A DNA stretch of 64,000 bases from Octopus vulgaris. Its lineage: Eukaryota. Every line of letters starts with the position of its first letter. Position 1 is the stretch's first letter. Location of the stretch: the NCBI GenBank assembly GCA_951406725.2, contig OX597839.1, positions 36,208,001 to 36,272,000 of the forward strand, given 5' to 3'. Position numbers and translations under genes: made by a program. This document shows positions 1 to 13,039 of the stretch, one piece after another. The notes beneath the pieces were generated by a model that saw only the letters and a list, made by a program, of their open reading frames with translations, searched no databases and was not told the origin of the DNA.

Positions 1-221
1 GTTTCATGCCTGTAAATGTCACTGTTATGCTAGCAGTGTCCATTTCCAATCTCTTGTGAAAATTCGGGGAAATAAGTGAAGGCTGGTGAAAGGCAGGATG
101 GCTGTAGAAAATCCACCTGTAATTCTGTTCTACCCATTCCTCAGTGGGAAGGTGGTCTTGCTCATCCCCCACCTAACAACCAATAAAAAAACTGGATATA
201 AGTACTGAAGTCAATTTTGTT

Positions 222-523
222 AAAATCAAAATCGTAATCTATCAACATCAATGGAATTTGTAGCTGTGATACCAGTGCCGGTGGCATGTAAGAGAACCAT
301 CCGAACGTGGCCGTAGCCAGCCTCGTCTGGCACCACCTGTGCCGGTGGCACGTAAAAAGCACCCACTACACTCACGGAGTGGTTGGTGTTAGGAAGGGCA
401 TCCAGCCGTAGAAACACTGCCAGATCAGACTGGGTCTGGTGCAGCCTTCTGGCTTCCCAGACCCTAGTTGAACCGTCCAACCCTTGCCAGCATGGAAAGC
501 GGATGTTAAACGATGATGATGAT
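222..523 (+). mobile_element. SINE/RTE-tail-type element ending in (GAT)n
   Basis: gtgccggtggcac repeats, ggttggtgttaggaagggcatccagccgtagaaac motif and (GAT)n tail; homolog on the minus strand at 26101-26400. Confidence 0.75.
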
Positions 524-589
524 TTATAATGTCTTGTTAATATTTCATCACACAATACCAGTAATTACATGGCAATTTTGTACTTTTTA

Positions 590-765
590 CTGTTACTATA
601 GTTTGATATTGCTAGTGTACTTCAATAGTGTATTCTGGTTTTGTACTTTGTTAGTGTATTCTGGTTTTGTACTTTATATTGTTAATAATGTGTGGGTTTA
701 ATTTTCTATGTTACATCGTTAGTGTATTCCAATTTTGTACATTATATTAATAATGTGTTCCCTAG
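590..765. repeat. Degenerate tandem repeat tagtgtattctggttttgtacttt
   Basis: Two near-exact and several decayed units. Confidence 0.65.
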
Positions 766-1354
766 AAATTCCTACCCAGTCATCCTGAATACATCTGATG
801 AGTTTGGTCAGTTAAGTTATTCTGTTTACCCGTCGAGTCTGTAGAACTGTTCCATTTGGACCCTTATAATACCCTGCAATATTGCCTCCCAGTGTGGTTG
901 GCATTCTATTTCACTACAGAATTTTTTTTCTCTTCTCTTCCCTGCCTCTATAATAATTTAACCTTTACAACTGAAACCCATTCTCCACCCCCACCAGATT
1001 CTCTCTCTCTTACTTAAATGTTAAACATTTGAGATTCTTTTTTTTCTATTTTCATGTGTTTTTGTCAGTGAATGCTAGCTTAAGATATTCATCATGAAGC
1101 ATACTTTTCACAATTTTCAAATGGAAATATATCCGTGTATGAAGCAATTCACATTTTTTACTGTTCGGATTGATTCAATACTATTTGGCCATCAGCATAG
1201 AAGTGCTGGCTGTCTGATCACTGAACTATACTGCTCCTATTTATAATGTGCTTTATCGATTATTTTCTCAGTTTTCACCAGTCGAGAATTGCTTTTCTCT
1301 TTTTTTCCTTTTTTTAGCTTACAGTGAATATTTAATGTCGAAACTACCAACAAC

Positions 1355-1396
<42 letters not shown>

Positions 1397-3212
1397 GAGT
1401 CTTTCTGAAAGATTTCTAAGAAAGACAGGCTAAACTATTACTGAAAAATATTCTAAATATCCAGTGTTGTGTTTTTGCTCTGTAGACGTTCATCAATATT
1501 CTACTGGTGCTTCAAGTAACTCTACTGCTCTTTAAGTAATTAGCCAGTTGCAGAACGAATAAGAAAAGGTTAAAAATTGATTTATCAAACACTTTATGTC
1601 ATCTGAGCAATTTCAAATCTTCCATCTTTCCAAGATTTCCTTTGCACAGCTTGACAGTATTTCGTATTTCGGTATTGATTTTCTTCTAAAAAGCTATTCG
1701 AGACAAATGCTTTGACTACAGTGTGATTTAGCTAACCCTTTGTGTTTGTGTGTGTGTGCTGGTATGGCTGTGTGTATATATGCACACACGCATGCACTCT
1801 TTTGCGTTCTATAATGTGAATTTTCTTCTTCTTTTTTTTCTCCCAATTATCGCCTCTGTAGCAGCTCCATATAAGGGTTGGCAGTGAAGCTGTGTGGTTA
1901 TTATAAATGAAATATCTGGAATTATTTATGTTGTGATCCTACATAACTCTCTCCGTATTAACGAGCTTTGATAAACAGATGTGTTTTCATATCACCAACA
2001 TGTAGTTAGCTTTCTTCTGGCAACGAATCTTAAACAATGGTATTTAATTAATACAACATCACAGTTCTTAATCTAGTCTTCAACTAGAAGAGATTAGAAG
2101 CAATGCCAGTTGTAGTTAATATAAATGATAATTTTTAATATAGACACTCCTGTTATTGAGGCAAGGCCTGAAATTTTTGGGAAGGGATAGTTGATTACAT
2201 TGACCCCTAGTGCTCAACTGGTATTATTTTATTGATCCTGAATGAATGAAAGGCAAAGTTGACCTGGGAGGAATTTGAATACAGAAATTAAAGACCCAGT
2301 CAAAATACTGTTGAGCATTTTGTCTGAGGCGCTAACAAGTCTTCCACTTTCTCACAATAATGATATTAATAATGGTTTCAAATTTTGGCACAAGGCCAGC
2401 AATTTCGAGGGTGGGGCGGTAAGTCAATTACATTGACCCCAGTGCTTGGCTGGTACTTGTTTTATTGATCCCAAAAGAATGAAAGGCAAAGTTGACCTTG
2501 GCAGAAAAGTAATAATGATAACAGCTTCTTACATAGGCACAAAGTCATCCATTTTATTGGTGTTTGGGTCAAATAGTTTACTCTGAATTTTGTACAAATT
2601 AAATTCTTTAGAGAAGGATGAATTACAAAGTTACCCTGTTAAGATTTAACACCACCCATATCCAGCCAAAATATTCTACTTGTTTTATGTACAGTGACCA
2701 GACTTGCCTCTCACACTAAAAATCAACAGTTACTTCATCAAAATCTCAGAGCTGCAAGATAACGAATGATTAATTCAAAACAATATGAATAAATTTGCAT
2801 TACTTTTGACAGAATACTGTGAACGCTGAAGGGTTAAGCTTCAAAGTTTTCTTTTCTCTTTCAAAGATGCCCAATTATACTTATTTCACAACTTGTACGA
2901 TAAAATTATTATTACTATTATTCAAAACATCTTTGTTTTCTCAGAACAACTTTTTCCTTCCTTTGCAAAAGTGAATGAGTTGTATTGTATGATTGTAGTG
3001 GCAGGAACTTAAAAAACACTTCTGTACTGAAATAACACCATGCTGTTCAGATTAGGATGTGATATGAGTGAGTCAAAGAAATTGTACTTTCTGCCTCTTA
3101 ATGTGAGATAAAGAAAGAGTGTGTGTGTCCCCGCTAAGTCCTTGGCAAGTTGTGCTTGTAACCAAGTACTCCAGTTCCTAGAGAATGCTTGTTTTATTAT
3201 TGGTGCTTGTGT

Positions 3213-3545
3213 TCTTTTACTTGTTTCAGTCATTGGACCCTGGCCATGCTGGGGCACTGCTTTGAATGGTTTAGTCAAACAAATTGACCCCAGAACTTTT
3301 TTAAAATCTGGTATTTACTGTTGATCTCTTGTTGAAATTACAGGGATGTAAACAAACCTTCATTGGTTGTCAAGTGGTGGGTTCACACACACACACACAC
3401 ACATGTATGGTGGCTTTTACAGTTTCCATCTACCAAGTTCACTTACAAGGTATTGGTTCAGCTAGAGCTGTAGCAGAAAACACTTGAAGCATTTGCTCAA
3501 GATGCCATGCAGTGGGACTGAACTTGAGACCTTGTGGTTGCAAAG
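3213..3545 (-). mobile_element. Older diverged SINE family 1 copy
   Basis: Same tail and head motifs with many substitutions; similar relics at 8405-8705 and 23560-23820. Confidence 0.75.
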
Positions 3546-4024
3546 TCAGTTGGAAACGAACCTCATTCGTAGTTCCAAATTGTATCCCATTATAACACAG
3601 TTGCCTTTCTTTTATCTGTCCTTAACCTCTCTCTCTCTCAGCTCAAAGACAACCATGTCAGTTGGTGTTGATAGTTGGTGACTAACAGTTGAAATAAGAT
3701 AGGGGAAAAGTCATGACTGCTTCCACATAACCTAATCTAATCATTATTGATACAAGTTGTTCTATGAAATGCTGACCACCTACATATATTTCTTTAACCT
3801 TTTTGTTACCATATTTTTGTTACATATTTTGCTTTTGTTTCGGTTAGTTTTGAAATTAATGAATAAGTTAGTAAAATATAGTAAAGTTTATATGCCAACA
3901 GAATGTGGCAGTCCTGTAAAGCGGTGCTTCTCAAACTATCAGATGTGGTGTACTGGCAGTTATTTTTCATAATGTGCCAGGGACTGGTAATATTAATTTA
4001 TACCAGAAACAATATATATATATA

Positions 4025-4406
4025 CTAGCAGTATCGCCCGGCGTTGCTCGGGTTTGTAAGGGAAATAACTATAAAGCATTTTTAGAGAGTTATAGCCAAA
4101 AAATAGCAAAAAAATGGAAAAACATGATGGTAAATTTTTTTGAGAGTTAAAAAAGGTGGAGTTGCGTCCCCTAGACGGTCTGTGGTTTGGGTTTCTGATT
4201 CTCGACCCCATGTCGAATTTATCGATTTTTTTCAGAACTGGGGGAACTTTTCAAAATTTTCGCTGCGTTAGTTTTGAATTATGACATTGGGCTATGTGTG
4301 TGTCAAGTTTCATCAGAATCGGTTGAAAGCCGTGGTCAGAGTGAGGGTACGAGAAAACAGACACACAGAAAACGCACAGACAAACTGCCGTTTATATAGA
4401 GAGAGA
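4025..4406 (-). mobile_element. Non-autonomous Helitron
   Basis: Minus strand begins TC and ends CTAG; GC-rich hairpin cccgagcaacgccggg 8 nt before CTAG; inserted between A and T with no TSD. Confidence 0.85.
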
Positions 4407-4583
4407 TTTCTTTACTGCCCACAAGGGGCTAAACATAGAGGGGACAAACAAGGACAGACGAAGGGATTAAGTGGATTATATCGCCCCTAGTGCGAAACTG
4501 GTACTTTATTTATCGATCCCGAAAGGATGAAAGGCAAAGTTGACCTCGGCGGAATTTGAACTCAGAACGTAATGACAGGCGAA
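4407..4583 (-). mobile_element. SINE family 2, 5'-truncated
   Basis: Matches 25315-25541; caatatatata duplicated at 4010-4020 and 4585-4595. Confidence 0.85.
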
Positions 4584-5558
4584 CCAATATATATAATGAA
4601 TATAATAAAAGCTGACAATTTTAAAAATCTTATTTATTTTGTAAACAAATGACACAGTATTACATAAGTGTTTATGTTTGTTTTCTGGAAACTCGCCACG
4701 TACTGGCAGCTGATGGCTCGCGAACTGGCACGAGTCCACGGACTACCACTTAGGGTAGCACTTCTGTAAAGGACAATGTTGCTGTTGTTTTAGCCCCAGG
4801 AAAATATCTTTTCCTGCTGGCTATCGACACATAGATTGTGCCTGTTAAGCATTTGCAAGGGAGGTGGTGTTTAGAACATAAAATTAACGTGAAATTTTGA
4901 TGGAAATTTTTAATTGAGATCGATTTGAAATGGGGAATAAATCCAGGGGGGAAATTTCAGATGGGTTGGTATCAAAAGGGTTAATCCGTTAACTTGTGAT
5001 GATGGGCCTTTGTGTCTGAAATATATACTAAAAGTGATTGACTGTTCCCTTTTCACATTGTAAGAAGCTCTCTGTCTACACTGTTTGTTGTTTTAAACAG
5101 AAATGTTTGCTATTGTGTGTGAGATGTAAAGTATATGGATATTTCAGAAAATAAAACTATTTTCTGAAATTATAGGACCGTTTACCCTAAAAGTCTGTAT
5201 GAGAAACAGGACGTAGACAGCATCCATGCATGCGGGGTTATAGGGACAACAACAATAGCTGTGTGTGTTTGTGTGTGTAACAACAGTTTTTTTTTGTTTT
5301 ACTGTGTAATGTGATTTACGAATACTTTATTAAATTAAATTCGTTTGATACAAAGCCAAGTTTGTGTAAAATTGTACAATAAATGAAAACTCCAGTGTTT
5401 CTGTGATGACTAACACTGCTGGAGTGAAAAGGGAGAGCCAACCCTGGTAGAATTTGAACTTGAGAATCTAGCAAGACGAAGCTAAATGTTGCGACACATT
5501 TATTTTATTGCTCTACTGTCTTAGGAACAATGTATAAGAGCTCTGTTTGACTAATATA

Positions 5559-5595
<37 letters not shown>

Positions 5596-6333
5596 ATGTA
5601 TTTTGAAAGCACCTTGAACTTTTGATATCGGCTGAAAACATTCATTTCCCTAGACAGAAAAATACTTCAGCTTTTACTAGCTACTCACCATTTAGAAGTT
5701 ATAATTAGATGTTACACTAGAGTGCTGCTCAAATAGCTGGAATATATGAACACACACACACACACACACACCCATGCACACACACACTCTTACAAAAGCA
5801 ATCCTCTCATCTGAATGGCAAGCTTCAATTTAACGATTGTCTACTTTTTGTCTCTCTCTCGCTTACTGCCATTACAGAGTGGCCTTTTGCTCTTCTTGTT
5901 AAACTCTATCCTGTCTGCTCTATCTAACCCATTTCGTTGCACCCCAGAAAGCTACGCAGAAAGCTACGGTAGTCCCTCTCATCCAGGTCTTACTTCGTCT
6001 TTCTGAAACCTTTTCCTCTGTTTCGAGTTGCACTCACTACTCCTACTTCATCAGCTCAACTGCCCTTTCTGTCTTCATCCTCTTTTGTGAAGTTACAAAA
6101 ACCAAAAAGGTATTGTTATAATGCATCACATCTGATGGCATATTAGGTGCAGGGGTATCTTAGACACACCCTTGTTTCAGTTGCCTATATTTAGGAAGAA
6201 CTTTTCGTGCATTAAAGCTTGTAATATCTGCCCCAACATATGTAGAGAACCTGGGAGGATTGTTTTGAGGTTCTTTTTCTTTTTTTTTTTTGGTGGGAAG
6301 AAAATGGTGGTGAGTTATATACCTTCAAATATG

Positions 6334-6556
6334 TATTTCTTTACTACCCACAAGGGGCTAAACACAGAGGGGACAGACAAAGGGATTAAGTCGATTACAT
6401 CGACCCCAGTGCGTAACTGGTACTTAATTTATAGACCCCGAAAGGATGAAAGGCAAAGTCGACCTTGGTGGAATTTGAACTCGGAACGCAACGACAGACA
6501 AAATACGGCTACGAATTTCGCCCGGCGTGCTAACGTTTCTACCAGCTCGCCACCTT
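6334..6556 (-). mobile_element. tRNA-derived SINE family 2 (Meta-domain-like gcctttcatcctttcggggtcgataaa core)
   Basis: Full-length; accttcaaatatg repeated at 6321-6333 and 6552-6564. Confidence 0.85.
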
Positions 6557-7792
6557 CAAATATGGTGTTGTAGGTTAGCTATCAATTGTAAACAGTTGTC
6601 TGTACAATGTGTGTGGGGACAGTTTACTTTAATCCTTCAAATTGGTTTCAAATTTTGGCACAAGACCAGCAATTTCGGAGGAGAGGGCTAATTTGATTAC
6701 ATTGACTCTGAAAGGATGGAAGGCAAAGTTGACCCTAGCAGCATTTTAACTCAGAACATAAAATTAGATAAAACGCCTCCAAGCATTTTGCCCAGCATGC
6801 TAATGATTCTGTTAGCTCACAATCTTCAAACCCTTAGTATTTGTGGGTTTATAAGCCATATATGTTTGTAGACAGGGCAATAAAGTACAAAGTTACTGAT
6901 GATGGTCCCAAGAAGACTTGAATCATGTATAACTGTTTCCCCTTTTCACTTCCAATTGTTGTAACATAATGTTGACTAAAAATCCCCGTAGCTACGTCCT
7001 TGTGTTGTATATAGAACAACTATATAGTGATGAATCGAAACAGCTAGCATGCGAGGATTTTAAAAATATTATAGACATGATTTTTCAACCTTTTATAATA
7101 TACCAGAAGGCTTGTATGCAAGACATGCAGTCATTTATATGGACTAAAAGCATTGTATAGAAGACTTTGAATTCCTCTTCATATATATATTTACTTACTC
7201 CGGTGCTAGAAATAATTTGCTGTTAAAGCTGCAAATTTTGGTCTCTCTCCAAACCAGTATTAATATCAGTAATAATTTCTGGCTCTCTACTTTTTGTACC
7301 ATCAACCTTCCTAATTGTCTGTTCCTAGATCTTCTAACATTATGTGTCATGCTCACTTTGAAAGTTGGTTTTGTTGTTTGTGCTGGGTGAATGGCAGGAA
7401 TTAGGTCAAGTGAATAGTCTAACAACTGATAATAGCTGGTGTGTATGTATGTGTGTGTGTGAGTGAGAGAGAGAGTGAGGTCTTTAATTTTATTAACCCA
7501 GATGGAATAATTATACTCATTTACATGAAAGTTGTATATAAGAGTGGAAAAAAAAAAGACACTTTGATTCAATTAAGCCACTCCTTGATATATCTATTAT
7601 TATATCTAAGATTATTATTTCTTAGGTTACTAAAGTGGATAAAGTGGTTTTATTTGAAGTGTTATCTTGTCTGGGCCCAAGGTTAGTTAGTCTAGAACAA
7701 TCAGGTTTATGATCAAAGGCATTCTAGCCATGGCCATCTTGGCTTATTTTAAGACATTGTGTATCTTGGGACTTCAGTATATATATATATAC

Positions 7793-8390
7793 TGGTAGAT
7801 CGTTAGCTACTACACACATTTTTTTTCTCTCCTTGTTTTTTCTGTGTACCTTTCTGTAGAAGAGCGTAGGCTCAAAACGTAAAAGACTTTTTCTATTCCT
7901 GAACGCTATACTAATACATCTGTTTGTTTGTACACCACCTGCCTTCGTCTTTTGTTTATTTTCGTAAACTTTCCCTTTATATATATATATATATATATAA
8001 AATAAAGGTGAGATCCAAGGATCAAGGTGTAGGGTGACAGTAAGCTTCGAGCAGTCCATAGTAGGCATAAAAAACAACTTTCAGGAACAACAGTGATTTA
8101 TTGTTGTAGAATGTTGTAAATTTTCCCCCTATTGAAGTTTGATAATCTGAAAAAATTGTTTTCTAGCTTACAAATCAACAGCAGGGGTTGCTGTGCCTGC
8201 GAATAGACATCCATGTGAGTCAACATGGGATCCCTTAATGATAATGTAAACTTCTTTTGATTAGGGTTCTTTGGCACAATGACTAGCTAATGGATTACCC
8301 CTCGTTTGGATAATTACTGCTTCTGAGGTTCTTATGGTTATGAAACATGTAGCCTGAATTCTACCTACTCCTTTCCCTGATTTCGGATAT
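7793..8390 (+). mobile_element. Two adjacent Penelope-like terminal fragments
   Basis: Each ends in (TA)n and has a degenerate hammerhead near its 3' end (7850-7885; 8285-8354). Confidence 0.4.
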
Positions 8391-9894
8391 ATATATATAT
8401 ATGTGCACACACATATACACACACAAAAATCTTTCAGTTTCTGTCCACCAAATCCTCTCATGGCCTAGGGCTATAGTAGAAGACGTCTGGCCAAGGTGTC
8501 ACGTACTAAGACTGAGCTTGAAGCCATATGGTTGAAAAGCAAAGTTCTTAACCACACAGCCATACTGCCACCCATGATGAACACGTACACACACAAACAC
8601 ACATAATGGGTCTCCTTTGATTCCTGTCCACCAAATCCATTTAGTCAGTCTAAGGCCATAGTAGAAGACACCTGGTCATGGTGCCATGCAGTGGGGCTGG
8701 ACCTGCCTGCACATGCGTCTGCACACCCCACATCACCTGTATTATTATTATTATTATTATTATTATTTGAATTTCTATATTTTATAACCAGCTGGATGTT
8801 TTGTTAAGAATATGATTTCACCTAATTGAGGCTGCATTTAGCCTTCAGTTAATTAGTTTTCTTCACCTGGCTGTCTCTGAGTTTTTCTTTTCTCTGGTTG
8901 CTTTTTTTCTCAGGTCTCCTCTTTTGCTGTCGTCTACCTGTGATGATAATTATATATTTATGAAACGACAAAAGAGAAAAAAACAAATAAAAAGGCCACT
9001 TAAATTTGGGCAGCTGCTTCTGTTACTCTGGCAACATCTAGTGAGAGAGAGAGAAAGTGTGTGGGAAAGAGAGAGAGACTTGTCTTTATGTGGTGTGTTG
9101 GCTCTTGGACAGCTTGTTAGTTAATAAGGTGACTTTTCTATGATGCATTCACACTGGATTGACTATTTCTAAAGAATGTTCAGCAAGTCTTTAGCTGGTT
9201 ATTCACATTGCTACGACATTCCTTAGAGAATCAGGTGACCAGAATGTTGTTCTGTTGTCACATGGCATCAGCCCATAGTAATTAATCCTGCATCACCACG
9301 ACGACAACGACGACCACTGCAGTGAGTGGTGACCTAGCTGACACTCTAGTCACAAATGTGTGTACATCTGTTTCTAATACATATGCATGTTTGTGTGTCT
9401 GTTAATATATATATGTCTATAAATATATATACGGGTAGATATATGTATGTGCATACGTGTATATAAATATGTGTATATATATGTATATATGTATGTCTAT
9501 ATGTGTATATGTCTGTATATATGTGTATATATATGTCTATATATATGTAAGTATATGTGTATATGTACGTATTTGTATGTGTGTATATGTATATATATAT
9601 ATATATATATCTGTGTGTATCTCTATGTGTATGTAGATGTGCAAAAGGATTGAACCCAAGACCTCTTGACTGTGAATTGAACTTTTGAGTAATTCACCTT
9701 GCTTGCATCTTTACACACATTTAGAATGCCTAAATGTTATTATTTCACCAGTATCTAAATATTTATATAGTGAATGCTGTCTTCATATATATATAGTCAG
9801 CATTGCCTACATATTTATTACATACGTATATAAGTTAGCATCTTATATAATCAGTATTGTCTATTTATAAAGTCAGTGTTGATAGAGTTGTTTG

Positions 9895-9950
<56 letters not shown>

Positions 9951-10027
9951 GAAGATTTCATTTGAATGAAACAGTTCTAGTCCTGTAGAAGCTCCTTCTA
10001 TAAAATAAATAAATATATATATATATA

Positions 10028-10407
10028 TTTTACTTGTTTCAGTCATTTTGACTGCGGCCATGCTAGAGCACCACCTTTAGTCGATCAAATCGACCCCGGG
10101 ACTTATTCTTTGTAAGCCCAGTACTTATTCTATCGGTCTCTTTTGCCGAACCGCTAAGTGACGGGGGATGTAAACACACCAGCATCGGTTGTCAAGCAAT
10201 GCTAGGGGGACAGACACACAAACACACACACACACATATATACATATATACGACAGGCCTCCTTCAGTTTCCGTCTACCAAATCCACTCACAAGGCTTTG
10301 GTCGGCCCGGGGCTATAGCAGAAGACACTTGCCCAAGATGCCACGCAGTGGGACTGAACCCGGAACCATGTGGTTGGTTAGCAAGCTACTTACCACACAG
10401 CCACTCC
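10028..10407 (-). mobile_element. Young tRNA-derived SINE family 1 (CORE-like ccttgggcaagt, internal TA/TG tract)
   Basis: Near-identical to four other copies in the window; A/B-box-like head tggctgtgtgg...ggttcagtccc. Confidence 0.9.
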
Positions 10408-11031
10408 ATACATTCATACACACATCAAGTAGTGTCATTATCAATTTTTTAACATTCACCTTTTGGTGTTGTCTGGGTTTTTATATAGTCATTGTTGTCT
10501 AGATATTTATACGGTCAGTGTCGTTTAAATATTAGATTTGCTGAAGAGTTTTAAAAATCTTTCTGTGTTGTGACTTTGGTAATGTGACCGGTGCAGTTGT
10601 GTGGCTGTGGTGTGTTAATGAGAGATGAACCAATCAGAGAGTGACTGAAGCACCTCTTAGCCCCACAATCCGTATGGTTGGTAAGTGACAGAGCCTGTAC
10701 CATGTTATCTCTCCTCCATAAGTAAATATGCCTCCAGGACAGCTTAAAGCCACGAAGCTTGTAGCTGCAGTGTTTTTACTATCTTTCTTACTTCTAATCT
10801 GTTAATCTGGTTAAATCTGCTGATTGTACCCAACTAGCAGCAGGTGTTTTAGTACTTAATCAGACAGCAAGCTGACTCATAGCTGGTCATGTGCTGGCTT
10901 TACACTGTGTGTGTGTGTGTGTAAAACTTTCCTACTGCCACACTGCTACACCACTGTCATACTGTACGACCCTTCTGTTGTACAAATGTCACATTGCTAC
11001 ATTAACATTACACACTGTGGTGTGTGCACAC

Positions 11032-11085
<54 letters not shown>

Positions 11086-11087
<2 letters not shown>

Positions 11088-11281
11088 TCTTTTACTTGTT
11101 TCAGTCATTTGACTGCGGCCATGCTGGAGCACCGTCTTTAGTCGAGCAAATCGACCCCGGGACTTATTCTTTGTAAACCCAGTACTTATTCTATCGGTCT
11201 CTTTTGCCGAACTGCTAAACGACGGGGATGTAAACACACCAGCATCGGTTGTCAAGCAATGCTAGGGGTCAAACACACACA

Positions 11282-11321
<40 letters not shown>

Positions 11322-11486
11322 TACGACAAGCTTCTTTCAGTTTCTGTCTACCAAATCCACTCACAAGGCTTTGGTTGGCCCGAGATTATAGTAGAAGACA
11401 CTTGCTCAAGGTGCCACGCAGTGGGACTGAATCCGGAACCATGTGGTTGGTTAGCAAGCTACTTAACACACAGCCACACCTGCGCC
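11086..11486 (-). mobile_element. SINE family 1
   Basis: Full-length copy; tail lies in (TA)n. Confidence 0.9.
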
Positions 11487-11513
11487 ATGTGTGTGTATAT
11501 ATGTATAAGTATC

Positions 11514-11940
11514 GCGTGCTTGTGTGGTTAAGAAGTTTGCTTCCCAGCCACCTGGGTTTAACTTCAGTCCCGCCTTGTGGCACCATGAGCAGGTGTCCTT
11601 TTACTTTAACCCCAGGCCAACCAAAGCCTTGTGAGTGGATTTATACTAGATGGAAGCTAAACGAAGCTCATCATACAAATATAGTTATCTGTGTGTGTAT
11701 GTGTGTGTATGTTTCTCCTTGTTGTGATATCAGGTAATAGTTGTAAACAAGGGCCACCAACATGCAAGCCGTGTCCTTTGTTTCCAATCTTCCATGAAAG
11801 TATGTTTTGTTATGGGGGAAATAATTACATTGGTTGGCAACGGGATGAGTAGTACCTGGCCATAGAAGGTCTGCCTCAATAAATTCTGCCCAATCCATGT
11901 GAGGATGAAAAAGTGAATGTTAAAAAAAATTGATAATGAC
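11514..11940 (+). mobile_element. SINE with family-1 head and RTE-like (GAT)n tail (family 1b)
   Basis: Head as in family 1; 3' part ggttggcaac...gccatagaa...gttaaaa..gataatgac. Confidence 0.7.
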
Positions 11941-12174
11941 ACTACTTGATGTGTCTATGAATATATGTATGTATGTACATATGTGTGTGTGTAATACACA
12001 TAATGCATTACTTGTACACTGCTACACTAACGTCATACTGCCATGCTACTTTCACACTGTCGTCATGCCGTTGTTAATTCTGTCACAGATTTCGGTCCTT
12101 GCTTACAGTAAGTTCCCCGTTAAGTCTGTTGGGGGTTTCATATAGATCCCTAAGCAATGGACCACATACCTTAA

Positions 12175-12396
12175 CCCTTTCATTACTGTATTTATTTTGA
12201 GATTCTCTGTTTTTCTCTCAATTATTTTAAATATAACAACGAATTTAGTAAAATAACTTTAGTTATCATTAATCTAGTGTTAGGAACATTAATTGTGATT
12301 AAGGTTTGGGGAAAGATTTTAATTCAAAACTTATGAAAACAAAACATTAGTACTACAGAGTCAGAGGCAGTTTCAGCCAGGTTGGTATCAAATGGG
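12175..12396 (+). mobile_element. piggyBac-type MITE family A
   Basis: TTAA|cccttt ... aatggg|TTAA; 222 bp. Confidence 0.85.
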
Positions 12397-12427
12397 TTAA
12401 GAATTGTTTCTCTATTATATATTTTAA

Positions 12428-12648
12428 CCCTTTCGTTACTGTACTTCTGTTGAGATGCTCTGTATTTCTTTCAATTACTTTAAATATAATAAAGAATTTA
12501 GTAAAATAACTTAGTTATCATTAATCTAGTGTTAGGAACATTAATTGTGATTAAGGTTTGGGGAAAGATTTTAATTCAAAACTTAAGAAAACAAGACATT
12601 TTTACTACAGATCCAGAGCCGGTTTCAGCCGGGTTAGTAATGAAAGGG
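12428..12648 (+). mobile_element. piggyBac-type MITE family A
   Basis: TTAA|ccctttcgttact ... agtaatgaaaggg|TTAA; 221 bp. Confidence 0.9.
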
Positions 12649-13039
12649 TTAAACGTGTACGTGTCCTAAGTCCACATTCCACTTGGATTCATGAGTACCA
12701 GTTATATACTAGGAGACATTTGAATCAGTAGTTAGATAGCATGCTGCTTCCAAATTATTTAATTATCTAATTGGGTCATCTGGGTTCTGTTGGTGTAAAG
12801 CAGTTGCATTTATTGCGTTGTAGCTTTCTGAATAGTTGCTGCTTGCTAAGTAATATGTGAAGTGAACTTTTATTTCATTCTCCGCAACGTATAAAATGAG
12901 TTTCGTATTTAACATTTGGGGCTGGCAACTCATTCTTCTCTCATTTCTGTGGCACCGTTTTTAACACTGCATGGTTTTGAGAGTGTGTGTGCAATACACA
13001 TTATATTGTGGAATGTGTGAATGTATATGTATGTGTGTA

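Larger units (their letters stand above)
3922..4763. mobile_element. hAT (Charlie-like) non-autonomous element carrying nested insertions
   Basis: 8-bp TSD ctgtaaag (3914-3921, 4764-4771); termini cggtgcttctcaaa / ttagggtagcactt. Confidence 0.7.

Noticed and set aside
6015-6058. Minus-strand CUGAUGA...GAAAC
   Set aside because: Stems I and III cannot be formed in register.
9950-9980. Hammerhead-like tgaaga..gaaacag between TA tracts; similar weak cases at 796, 7027-7046 and 31173-31224
   Set aside because: Missing C3 or a stem, or only a 2-nt loop; may be relics but too degenerate to call.
10189-11737. Recurrent MSSNARG.../...EDTCPRCHAVGLNPEPCGW ORFs
   Set aside because: Incidental frames in SINE family 1 copies, not a gene family.
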